DNA of 24,000 bases. Source: an uncultured Methanosarcinaceae archaeon. Its GTDB lineage: Archaea; Halobacteriota; Methanosarcinia; Methanosarcinales; Methanosarcinaceae. Each line of letters starts with the position of its first letter. Position 1 is the stretch's first letter. The notes under the pieces were generated by a model that worked only from the letters and a program-made list of their open reading frames with translations, was not told the DNA's origin and did no database searches. Positions 8,147-16,317 of this stretch are shown piece by piece. Location of the stretch: assembly GCA_942493015.1 (NCBI GenBank), contig OW818660.1:1917336-1941335 (forward strand). The letters run 5' to 3'. The translations under genes were made by a program, and so were the position numbers.

Positions 8147-9022
8147 TCAGTTATGATTCGAACGTTTCCTGTATTTTTTCAAATCTTGAAGAATATCCTC
8201 AAGATCAGATTTCATTAATTTCAAATCAAGATTTTCACCTTTCATCGAAGTCATAAAATCTATTTTAGCTTCTTTACTAATTACAATATCCTTCTTCAGA
8301 GAATCCAGTAAACTGTCATGTCCATCAGCTAAAGCTATCTTTTCAGCGCCGGTATTAAACAAATCCTCTCCAGAGGATTCATCATCCATTGACTCAAATC
8401 CAATATCAAAATCGCTGTTATCGAATGTTAAGTCGCCATTTAAGGACGCATCATCGTTATTTTTGATACTGCCCGCAGTAGACATTTGAGTTAAAAGATT
8501 ATCGTCAAAATCCAACTCATCTTTTTTGGATTCGACTATTTTATCAACATCAAAACCACTAACATTGTCAGCTTTGCTGAGTTTTGAAGACCCGCTCTTT
8601 TTATCAAACTGCAGTCCGGATTTTCCATTATCAAATTTTCCTTTTTTGCCGCGCAGAAAAGATGATAAAACTGAAACCTCTTTTTGTAAAGTACCAAAAA
8701 TTTTCTGAATTCCCTTTCCTGTTTTAGGAGATTTCATTCCAGTGTTTTCAAAATTATTTTTGCGGACTTTTTTAGGAAGTAAACTGCTGAGTTTTTTACT
8801 AAACTCGGAAAAACCCTTCGTTTTTTTAGAGCTAAATCTCTCTGTTTTTTTATCCAAATCTCGAGAAGACTTTACTTCTCTTGCCTGAAATGAGGTTTTA
8901 TCTTTTATTCCATCTTTACTTTTATATTTATCATATAAAGTAGTTATTCCCATTACTATCAGAGTAACAAAAATCCCTATGATAATAGTAAAATTTTGTT
9001 CAATTATGGTGTTTAAATCCAT
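8147..9022 (-). CDS. Uncharacterised membrane-anchored low-complexity protein encoded at the 3' end of the archaellum operon
   Basis: 291-aa ORF. The ATG lies 3 nt after the arlJ stop, with a G-rich SD (GGGGGGTG) inside the arlJ 3' end. It has one N-terminal TM helix (FTIIIGIFVTLIVMGITTL), a Lys/Ser-rich basic segment, an Asp-rich acidic segment and an amphipathic C-terminus. I recognise no family. Confidence 0.6.
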   Translation of the reverse strand: MDLNTIIEQNFTIIIGIFVTLIVMGITTLYDKYKSKDGIKDKTSFQAREVKSSRDLDKKTERFSSKKTKGFSEFSKKLSSLLPKKVRKNNFENTGMKSPKTGKGIQKIFGTLQKEVSVLSSFLRGKKGKFDNGKSGLQFDKKSGSSKLSKADNVSGFDVDKIVESKKDELDFDDNLLTQMSTAGSIKNNDDASLNGDLTFDNSDFDIGFESMDDESSGEDLFNTGAEKIALADGHDSLLDSLKKDIVISKEAKIDFMTSMKGENLDLKLMKSDLEDILQDLKKYRKRSNHN

Positions 9023-9025
9023 GTT

Positions 9026-10657
9026 TTACACCCCCCCGGTGATATTGGCCGCTAATCCGTCAAACGAAAAGGTACTGGCTACCAAAGGAGGAATCACGAT
9101 CATTAATATCCCGGTTACGACGAATAAAGTCACACCGTAGTATATTGCTAAATACATTGGCCCCCCTTTAACAGCAACAATCGCTAATGTGTTAGCTACT
9201 GTCAGAATGAGAATGGTCACTATAACAAACTGCCCCAGTAAGTCTAAAGGAACTCCTCCAAAGATGCCCAGGTTCATGCCACCTAAACCACCGGGTATAC
9301 CGTCAAGTTCCGAACCAGAGATATTAAACTGGACAAAAAGACCTGCTATGATAGTCGTAAAAACGGTCAGAATCTGGCCCATAAATAGAAGGAGACCAAC
9401 CATTGCCACATGGAGAGGTATAACAAGGACAGTAAAGGCTTTGGATATACGGTCTCTTTTCATTCTTAAAAGGACCAGCTCAAGATTTGACGAGCTCACA
9501 AGTTCTCCTACTGTTTCCGCATCTCCCCCTAAATTTATAGCATCGACAAAAACATTCGTCAATTTGTAGATCAGATAGCTGCCTGTTTCCCCAACAAATC
9601 TCTCCCAGCATAGTTTAGGGTCAAGACCGGAGGCCAGCCTTTTATAAAGCTCCTGACTCATCACTTTAAGCTCACCAAGGTTTTTTGGATCGATCTTTAA
9701 CAGAGCTTTTGACACTGTCAACCCTGAACCACTTACAATAGACCCGAGACTCCTTATGAAAGTTGTAAAAGTTTCGTCTCTCTGATCTATTTTAACAACA
9801 TCTCTGTTTGCCTGGATTCCAACAGGCAGCATGACAAGTCCCGCCAGAATCATTCCAATTCCTTTGATATCGACATAGAAATCAACCGGGCCAAAAAAAG
9901 CCGGCACAACTGTGAGTAAAATAACAATTAGAGTGGAAACAATAAGTGTGAGAGGAGTCCACTTAGATATAAATGCCTGCTCTGTTGACTTTATTTTTAA
10001 ACCGTGGACTTTAGAATCTTTAGGCGAAGCTTGAAAGAGTAAGCCTACACCAAAAAATGCCATCAAAAACACAATGAACATTGTGGAATGCAATGTCTTC
10101 GAAGGGTTACCAAGATTATATAAGATTACCGAAAGCAATATAATTATGGCTATAAGAGCTGTAGAAATAAGCAATGCTGTGTAGGCATTTGACCACTCTT
10201 TTGTGGTTTCAAGCTCTCTTTCGAATTCATCTTTTCTTTTTGTCTTAAATAATACCCACTCTTTGGTGAGAAACTCATTATCAGGCTCTCCTGCCGATAT
10301 GGCATTTGATAATCTGTTAAAAAGCTCCCGTAATCTATCGTTAGTTACTTTTTCGGATATGAGTTCACATGCGTGGGCATAATCATAATGCCAGTTCTGA
10401 GCCAGCTCTCGGACTTGATTAAAGTACATACTTGGACAGTATTCATTTTTGTCAGAGATACTTGCAAATATTTTATCTCTTGATAGGTTGGCCGTTGAAA
10501 TTGATGCCATATAAGTAAGTGAGAAAAGCAAATCATTGCTCATATAGAGTTCATTCTTATAGTTTTTTAATTTAATAGAAAGCTCGTCAAAAATAGATTT
10601 TGAGTTCGGCCCTTTGCTGAAAACGTTTTTTTTTCCAGATATCTCCATATAAATCAC
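9026..10657 (-). CDS. arlJ: Archaellum platform membrane protein ArlJ (FlaJ; GspF/TadC-like)
   Basis: 543-aa polytopic membrane protein with soluble N-terminal and central segments and many hydrophobic helices. It lies 4 nt downstream of arlI, in the canonical last position of euryarchaeal arl operons. An alternative ATG at 10648 is possible. Confidence 0.8.
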   Translation of the reverse strand: MIYMEISGKKNVFSKGPNSKSIFDELSIKLKNYKNELYMSNDLLFSLTYMASISTANLSRDKIFASISDKNEYCPSMYFNQVRELAQNWHYDYAHACELISEKVTNDRLRELFNRLSNAISAGEPDNEFLTKEWVLFKTKRKDEFERELETTKEWSNAYTALLISTALIAIIILLSVILYNLGNPSKTLHSTMFIVFLMAFFGVGLLFQASPKDSKVHGLKIKSTEQAFISKWTPLTLIVSTLIVILLTVVPAFFGPVDFYVDIKGIGMILAGLVMLPVGIQANRDVVKIDQRDETFTTFIRSLGSIVSGSGLTVSKALLKIDPKNLGELKVMSQELYKRLASGLDPKLCWERFVGETGSYLIYKLTNVFVDAINLGGDAETVGELVSSSNLELVLLRMKRDRISKAFTVLVIPLHVAMVGLLLFMGQILTVFTTIIAGLFVQFNISGSELDGIPGGLGGMNLGIFGGVPLDLLGQFVIVTILILTVANTLAIVAVKGGPMYLAIYYGVTLFVVTGILMIVIPPLVASTFSFDGLAANITGGV

Positions 10658-10661
10658 CGGT

Positions 10662-12503
10662 TTAGAATTGAATTCTCAGCATACCATGTTTTGTAATCTT
10701 TGAAACAGTATCAAAGAAATCATAATAGTTTACAATCCCTTCATCGCTTAATCTCTCCAGTATTTTTGCTCTTTTCTCGATTTCCTCATAAATCACTTTT
10801 TTCTTCTTACCGGGAATCCCAAGCCTTGTAGCTATTTTTTGCTCCAGAAGATATGAACTTCCATTAGCACTGAAAACAAAGGAGTCAGTAACAGGGTCCC
10901 ATGAGAAGGCTTCTATGAATGAAATTCCACCTTTATCAGGATTATATCCAATAACTTCATTTACACTGAGCACTCTTCTTACAAGTTTGCCGTCCGGTCT
11001 CCTTACAGCAGATTGAATTAGAACAAAATTGAGATTATCTATATACGTTTTAGGAATGTTGATAGGGTCAGCCGTAACTCTCTGAATTAATTTTTCGACT
11101 GTCGCGGCGTGAAAAGTTGACATAACAGGGTGACCTGTCTGCATAGCCTGAAATGCGACGTTTCCTTCAACGCCTCGGATTTCTCCAACAAGGATGTAGT
11201 TTGGCCTCTGCCTCAATGCTGCCTTGAGCAGGTCAAACATAGTAACATCAGAGCCGCTTCCTTCTCCGGTCTGGCCGCCCCCACGCGTACTACCTCGGGT
11301 GGTTTCCCTTGTCCAGTTTTTGTGAGGAATCTGCAGTTCAGGGGTATCTTCAATTGTAACCAATTTTGAATCAGGATTTATAAATGCTGTAATCCCATTC
11401 AATGTAGTTGTTTTGCCGCTTGCTGTTTCACCACATATAAAGCCACTCATGCCTTCAGAGATGAGAATCCAGAGGTAAGCAGCAACCTGAAAATTAAGAG
11501 TTCCACCTTTTATAATTTGAAGGATACTGAATGGAATATCATTGAATTTTCGGATGGTGAAATTACTTCCGTTTTTACTTATATCGTCACCAAAAACAAT
11601 GTTAATCCTTGACCCGTCCGGGAGCGTGGAGTCCACAATTGGATTCTTGAAAGTAATGGGTTTTCCAATCCTTTCTGCAAGCCTTATGATGTATTGATTG
11701 AGTATGTCATTGTCATTAAATTCAATGATGCTCCTCAAACCTTTGAACACCTTATGTTCAATAAAAATAGGGCCCAAACCGTTGCAGGTTATATCTTCAA
11801 TATGGCTGTCATGGATATATGGATCAAGAAATCCCACTCCGATTTTATCCCTGATAATCGAATATCTCAAAGCGTCATAATATTCTTTTGACAGGTAAAT
11901 ATGGCTATCCTTTTTTTTGTTTCCGCCAAAAAATGATTTAGTGGAAGGTGGTTTTTTGGCCCCTGAGCCAGAACCACTAACCGGATTATAATTGCCTATT
12001 ACGCAAATATCATCCAGAGCTGTCCTTAATATCTTCTCTTTTTCTTCGAGATTTTCTGGATCAAAATCAATCCCTGTAAGATGATCTACAAGTTTGGTTT
12101 CCAGTTCCTTAATAAGATTTCCAACTCCGGTTAAAAGAATGGGCTCAATAGGAATATAGAAATTTCTTACATCATTTTTATTCGGATAGATGTGAACATA
12201 AGTCTGATCACTGACCTTGTAAATCAGATTGGGTTCCTCTATATCTCCATGTTTTGATTCAAGCTTGGAGACATATCTCGGAATGCCCATTGTATCAATA
12301 GGCAGAATATGAAGATACTCAAGAAGATGAAGATTAGTTTCAACTTCTATTTTCATTTCAGGAGGGAGAAGCTTGTAAAGATTACATGTTTTAAGGTTTG
12401 AATGGTCGTGTCCATCATACTTTTTTAGAGTGAAAGGGAAATTTATGTACACTCCGGTTGCGTGACCATCTTCAATACTGAGCTTATCCTCGATACTATC
12501 CAT
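10662..12503 (-). CDS. arlI: Archaellum motor ATPase ArlI (FlaI; type II/IV secretion ATPase superfamily)
   Basis: 613-aa ORF with Walker A GETASGKTT, Walker B/Asp-box region RPNYILVGEIRGVEG and the His-box-like GHPVMSTFHA. Confidence 0.9.
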   Translation of the reverse strand: MDSIEDKLSIEDGHATGVYINFPFTLKKYDGHDHSNLKTCNLYKLLPPEMKIEVETNLHLLEYLHILPIDTMGIPRYVSKLESKHGDIEEPNLIYKVSDQTYVHIYPNKNDVRNFYIPIEPILLTGVGNLIKELETKLVDHLTGIDFDPENLEEKEKILRTALDDICVIGNYNPVSGSGSGAKKPPSTKSFFGGNKKKDSHIYLSKEYYDALRYSIIRDKIGVGFLDPYIHDSHIEDITCNGLGPIFIEHKVFKGLRSIIEFNDNDILNQYIIRLAERIGKPITFKNPIVDSTLPDGSRINIVFGDDISKNGSNFTIRKFNDIPFSILQIIKGGTLNFQVAAYLWILISEGMSGFICGETASGKTTTLNGITAFINPDSKLVTIEDTPELQIPHKNWTRETTRGSTRGGGQTGEGSGSDVTMFDLLKAALRQRPNYILVGEIRGVEGNVAFQAMQTGHPVMSTFHAATVEKLIQRVTADPINIPKTYIDNLNFVLIQSAVRRPDGKLVRRVLSVNEVIGYNPDKGGISFIEAFSWDPVTDSFVFSANGSSYLLEQKIATRLGIPGKKKKVIYEEIEKRAKILERLSDEGIVNYYDFFDTVSKITKHGMLRIQF

Positions 12504-12534
12504 GTATACTCCATATGATTACTTTGAAATACTG

Positions 12535-13251
12535 TTAAACCTTAGCCTGCGAGATAGGAATTATTTTTAATCCGAATCCGGGCTGGACTTCAAAACTCAC
12601 TATATTGCCTGTACTTTTCTTAGCGCCTCGTATTTTTGAGACTTCCATGACACTGATATATCGGTCAGTAAGCTGTTCTTTTCTGAGAAATAGATGACAA
12701 TCACATGAAGAACGTATTCTTACAAGGGTGTCTTCTTTGAAAGCGTGTTGATGTAAGGTGATGAAAATGGTATATCCTCTATCACAGAGATTTTTCAAAC
12801 TTGTAAGAAATTCAAGTATGCTATCTTCACCAGAATAAGTAGTAAACATAGTGAGAGAATCAATCATAATGACTCTTTCTCTTATGCTTTTAATATGAGT
12901 TGTAACAAGATGCAAAGTTCCTTTCATTTGATCGGAGGTCCATTCAACACCTTCAAGATGGACCGGGAAAATTCTAAAATAACCCCAGCTATAAAAATCA
13001 GAGATATCAAGGCTCAGACTATCCATCTGTGCCAGCATACTTTTAACTGTGTTCTCGGTTGTATAGTATGCTATTTTATAAAGCTGATTCAGGCCGCCGT
13101 ATGTCATCTGCTGACACAGAACACTCTTTCCGGTATCGTTTTCACCTTCGATGAGCACAAGAGAACCTAAAGGGATACCCTCACCTAATTTGTTATCAAT
13201 TTCATCATTACCGCTTGAAAGAATGCCTTTTTTCTCTTCTGTTTGTCTCAT
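12535..13251 (-). CDS. arlH: ArlH (FlaH), RecA/KaiC-like ATP-binding archaellum protein
   Basis: 238-aa ORF with the Walker A-like LIEGENDTGKS and a RecA/KaiC-like layout. It sits between arlG and arlI. Confidence 0.8.
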   Translation of the reverse strand: MRQTEEKKGILSSGNDEIDNKLGEGIPLGSLVLIEGENDTGKSVLCQQMTYGGLNQLYKIAYYTTENTVKSMLAQMDSLSLDISDFYSWGYFRIFPVHLEGVEWTSDQMKGTLHLVTTHIKSIRERVIMIDSLTMFTTYSGEDSILEFLTSLKNLCDRGYTIFITLHQHAFKEDTLVRIRSSCDCHLFLRKEQLTDRYISVMEVSKIRGAKKSTGNIVSFEVQPGFGLKIIPISQAKV

Positions 13252-13253
13252 TT

Positions 13254-13730
13254 TTATCCGCCCATCACATAATTTATGGAAGAAACGATACCGTTTTCAG
13301 TGATAATCTCTACAAGCAACCTGTCACCAGAATTAAATTCGCTTAATAATTCAATATCAATAGTTTCATGTGGATCCAGGATACCGGGGTTCAGGAAACC
13401 TTCATTAAAAATAATTTTATAGTCAGCATTTATATTGAGATAAGAAGCCTGGTCATTTTTAACCAGAATGACATCCCAAAGTTCGAAGTTGTCTAATTTG
13501 GTCTCGCCGGTATTATTAACTGTCAGATGAAGGTGGTTTGTTTCTCCATTAAGAACTATATTCTGGATTTCGATATTTGTATGAAGCCTCTCCATTGTTG
13601 TTTGAGAAGCTGAAATATATCCATTGTAAGAAGATTCAATTAAAGTATGAGTCCCCATTGTCAGAGTCCCTGCTACAACTAGAATCGTGCCAACTACAAA
13701 GAATGCTACGACTACTGTATCAAGACCCAT
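13254..13730 (-). CDS. arlG: ArlG (FlaG)-type archaellum stator/periplasmic protein; the F versus G name is assigned by gene order
   Basis: I place the start at the internal ATG (MGLDTVVVAFFVVGTILVVAG...), 13 nt after the arlF stop and preceded by GGGGAT. The 13826 start in the ORF track would overlap arlF by 83 nt. The protein has an N-terminal TM helix plus a beta-rich domain (LHLTVNNTGETKL). Confidence 0.65.
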   Translation of the reverse strand: MGLDTVVVAFFVVGTILVVAGTLTMGTHTLIESSYNGYISASQTTMERLHTNIEIQNIVLNGETNHLHLTVNNTGETKLDNFELWDVILVKNDQASYLNINADYKIIFNEGFLNPGILDPHETIDIELLSEFNSGDRLLVEIITENGIVSSINYVMGG

Positions 13731-13743
13731 AGTATCCCCGGCA

Positions 13744-14217
13744 TCACTTTGAAAATTTGTCTGATGCTGATACCCCATTATAAAGGAAAAAGGTGACCTG
13801 ATAGGCGTTACTCGGCAGAGTATCAAAAGTTAGTTCTGCCTTAATAGTCTCCCCACGGTTCCAGGTATCCCCACCTCCATTCATAAGAGTGTAGTCCCAT
13901 GATGGATTAGAACCGGATTCAAAACCAGGATTCCAGTAGCTTGAAGGAGAAAGAACAAAGAAATCAGAATAATTTAGCTGTGAAAGGGGTATATCTGATG
14001 ACCCAACATTTTTAATCCAGACAGAAACAGTATTTCCTTCCGGATAAATAAATATAATATCTATATCTGTTTTAAGCTGATCTCCCATATTACGCGCAAT
14101 TGAACCATAAGAACTGGAGAGGTCATATACCGAAGGAATGACGGCATTAACAAAGGCAACTACAGCTATAACGCTCGCCATCAAGAGTATTGCCGTAGTA
14201 ATTACTTCCTTTGCCAT
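13744..14217 (-). CDS. arlF: ArlF (FlaF)-type archaellum protein; the F versus G name is assigned by gene order
   Basis: 157-aa ORF with an N-terminal hydrophobic helix (ITTAILLMASVIAVVAFV) followed by a beta-rich domain (VSVWIKNVGSSDI). GGTGA lies 7 nt upstream of the ATG. Confidence 0.65.
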   Translation of the reverse strand: MAKEVITTAILLMASVIAVVAFVNAVIPSVYDLSSSYGSIARNMGDQLKTDIDIIFIYPEGNTVSVWIKNVGSSDIPLSQLNYSDFFVLSPSSYWNPGFESGSNPSWDYTLMNGGGDTWNRGETIKAELTFDTLPSNAYQVTFFLYNGVSASDKFSK

Positions 14218-14271
14218 AGTGTTTCACCGTCTCGTTTTTGTGCCTTATACGTGAATTATTGATCAAATCTG

Positions 14272-14292
14272 AAAAAACAGTCATATTGACTG
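14272..14292 (-). terminator. Weak hairpin plus T6 between arlC/D/E and arlF (possible attenuator)
   Basis: cagtca (14278-14283) / tgactg (14287-14292) have a 3-nt loop. On the minus strand the structure is followed by T6 (plus-strand A6 at 14272-14277). Confidence 0.25.
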
Positions 14293-14308
14293 CGTCCCAA
14301 CAAAGAAG

Positions 14309-15031
14309 TTAAGAATCAGTCTTATGCTTGCGATTTTCAGTAACTGGCCCCCGCGGCCCACCCTCTTTCATAACGAAATCCAGCATCCGAGAGTCAAGAG
14401 TGAAATCTTCCGGATGGAGTATGTGATAAAGTCTATAAAGATCCATTACTGCATTATCAAGGTCATTGCTCTTATCCAGCAATTCAGTGAGTTTAAGAAC
14501 GATTTCCTTCATATCGCCTTTAATGTACCCTAATAAGTAAAATATTTCTACCAGTTCCTTTATGGTCTCATAATCATATTTCTCGACCATGTCCTTGCTC
14601 CAGACAATAGTCTTGTAAAAGGACATAGGATCAATAAGTTTAGAGTCAGGAATATCAGGTAGTTTTTTAGCGGCTTCTTTAAGATCTTCAAAGGACCTTT
14701 TGGGAAGAGGCTCAATTACCCCCAGATCAATGTCATCACGTTTGCTTTCTTTTACTTCCTCTTTAGGAAGCTTATCTTCGATTTTACATTCCTCAGCAGG
14801 TTTAGGATTTATAATGGCACCGGCAATATTAGCAATACCCTGAATATTCTGAAAAGGATTCTCAAGAACACTCATTGTCTCCCTTATATCCATAAGGAGA
14901 GTTTTTATAGAGCCTTTGATCTCATTTACCTCTTCTTCAAGAGTTGCGACTTTGGATTCTATAGTGTCGCTTTCAGCAGCTGCTACAATTTTATCAATGT
15001 CTGACTGGTCAAAGGCTTCCTTCATATTCAT
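14309..15031 (-). CDS. ArlC-ArlD/E family archaellum accessory protein (single fused gene)
   Basis: 240-aa ORF. The N-terminal coiled-coil segment (IESKVATLEEEVNEIKGSIKTLLMDIRETMSVLENPF) resembles FlaC. An acidic linker follows. The C-terminal segment (FYKTIVWSKDMVEKYDYETIKELVEIFYLLGYIKGD) resembles the FlaD/E domain. It lies between the archaellins and arlF. A second ATG at 15025 may be the true start. Confidence 0.65.
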   Translation of the reverse strand: MNMKEAFDQSDIDKIVAAAESDTIESKVATLEEEVNEIKGSIKTLLMDIRETMSVLENPFQNIQGIANIAGAIINPKPAEECKIEDKLPKEEVKESKRDDIDLGVIEPLPKRSFEDLKEAAKKLPDIPDSKLIDPMSFYKTIVWSKDMVEKYDYETIKELVEIFYLLGYIKGDMKEIVLKLTELLDKSNDLDNAVMDLYRLYHILHPEDFTLDSRMLDFVMKEGGPRGPVTENRKHKTDS

Positions 15032-15054
15032 TATATCACCAAAACTGTAGCGTT

Positions 15055-15091
15055 AAAAACAAAAGATAATGACACTCAGAAGAATGCCATT
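15055..15091 (-). terminator. Conserved hairpin/oligo-T after cassette-1 archaellin pair
   Basis: The minus-strand RNA reads AAUGGCAUUC-UUCU-GAGUGUCAUU, a 10-bp stem with two G-U pairs, followed by AUCUUUUGUUUUU. Homologous structures follow the other two cassettes. Confidence 0.55.
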
Positions 15092-15103
15092 ATTGCTTCA
15101 ATT

Positions 15104-15658
15104 TCAGACGAGTGTCATTACTGCATCAATTGATGCAGGTGCCTGCCTGTGAATGGTATAGGATGCTCCCTGAGGAGGTTTGATTTCAAGCTGGAACTCG
15201 TCGTTAGCTCCCACGTTATAGGCAGCTATAGGGACGTTAACTTCGAATTTCTCAAACTTGTCCAGGATATTATTAGCGGTAGCAGCGTTGTACCTAGTCT
15301 CTACAGTGAATCCACTGTCGAGTGTTAACTCAGTTGGTTTTGTATCAGGATCCGAATAAACTATCAGAGTTTTACCCACATCGACGGATGAACCGCCTGA
15401 GGTCAGCTGCAGGAATAAAGTGACATCTGTAATTTCGGTACCATCACCTTTTGCAAGTACATCTCCACTCAGTTCAACACTGCTGCTTGCCTGAGTTACA
15501 CCTGTGTGCACAACTTCCTGACTTTTCTGAGTTGTATAGAACCCCGCTCCCAACATGACGTAGCTGAAAACTGCGGCCACGACTACAAAGGCCACCAGCA
15601 CAATTGCAGCTTCAAGACCTGTGAACCCTTTATCATTTTTTGTAAATTTGTTCGACAT
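15104..15658 (-). CDS. arlB: Archaellin, type 2 (cassette 1)
   Basis: 184 aa. It has a class III signal-peptide-like leader MSNKFTKNDKG followed by FTGLEAAIVLVAFVVVAAVFSYVMLGAGFYTTQKSQEVVHTGVTQASSSVELSGD. The C-terminus is QLEIKPPQGASYTIHRQAPASIDAVMTLV. The ATG is preceded by the spacer GGTGATATGGA. Confidence 0.85.
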   Translation of the reverse strand: MSNKFTKNDKGFTGLEAAIVLVAFVVVAAVFSYVMLGAGFYTTQKSQEVVHTGVTQASSSVELSGDVLAKGDGTEITDVTLFLQLTSGGSSVDVGKTLIVYSDPDTKPTELTLDSGFTVETRYNAATANNILDKFEKFEVNVPIAAYNVGANDEFQLEIKPPQGASYTIHRQAPASIDAVMTLV

Positions 15659-15669
15659 TCCATATCACC

Positions 15670-16317
15670 TCAGTAAACCGGATAATAGTTCCCAGCGACA
15701 ATCGAAGGAGGCATTCTCCTCTCAAGAATAAGGACTGCACCCTCTGGCGGTTTGACCTCAATCTTGACTTTTTCGTTTACTACAGGCTTTGTAGTGAGAG
15801 TCATAGGAGTAGCAGGGACAGCACCGCCCTCAAGAACAACATCACCGGTTTGGTGCAGATTTAGTTCGATCTTATACTTTTCTCCCTTTTCAACCAGGTT
15901 CGCTGCACTACCGACTTCAAAAACTACCTGTGTATAATCCCAAGCATTATCTGCATCATATGCCTGTGTTTGGAACTCGTCAGCGTCTGCGTAGGTAATT
16001 ATTGTTTTATCAAGGTCTACTGGCGTCCCACCTGCTGTATTTGTTATATAGAATGTAATTCCATCGATGGCAGGCGTATCAGGATCAGCGTCTTCTTGAA
16101 GTCCTCCTAATACAATTACATCTCCGGAAGGTGCAAGGCTGCTACTCGCCTGAGTTACTCCAGTGTGCACGACCTCCTGGCTTTTCTGGGTTGTATAGAA
16201 CCCCGCTCCCAACATGACGTAACTAAAAACTGCAGCTACGACCACGAAGGCTATCAGCACAATTGCAGCTTCAAGCCCCGTAAATCCCTTGTCATTTTTC
16301 AGAAATCTATTATACAT
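15670..16317 (-). CDS. arlB: Archaellin, type 1 (cassette 1)
   Basis: 215 aa. The leader MYNRFLKNDKG is followed by the same invariant hydrophobic N-terminus, then SSSLAPSGD. The C-terminus is KIEVKPPEGAVLILERRMPPSIVAGNYYPVY. GGGTGAT lies upstream of the ATG. Confidence 0.85.
   Translation of the reverse strand: MYNRFLKNDKGFTGLEAAIVLIAFVVVAAVFSYVMLGAGFYTTQKSQEVVHTGVTQASSSLAPSGDVIVLGGLQEDADPDTPAIDGITFYITNTAGGTPVDLDKTIITYADADEFQTQAYDADNAWDYTQVVFEVGSAANLVEKGEKYKIELNLHQTGDVVLEGGAVPATPMTLTTKPVVNEKVKIEVKPPEGAVLILERRMPPSIVAGNYYPVY

Noticed and set aside
13731-13826. N-terminal 32 codons of the listed 13254..13826 ORF
   Set aside because: This start would overlap the arlF 3' end by 83 nt and add a non-hydrophobic leader. 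The internal ATG at 13730 has an SD-like GGGGAT and starts directly with the expected TM helix.
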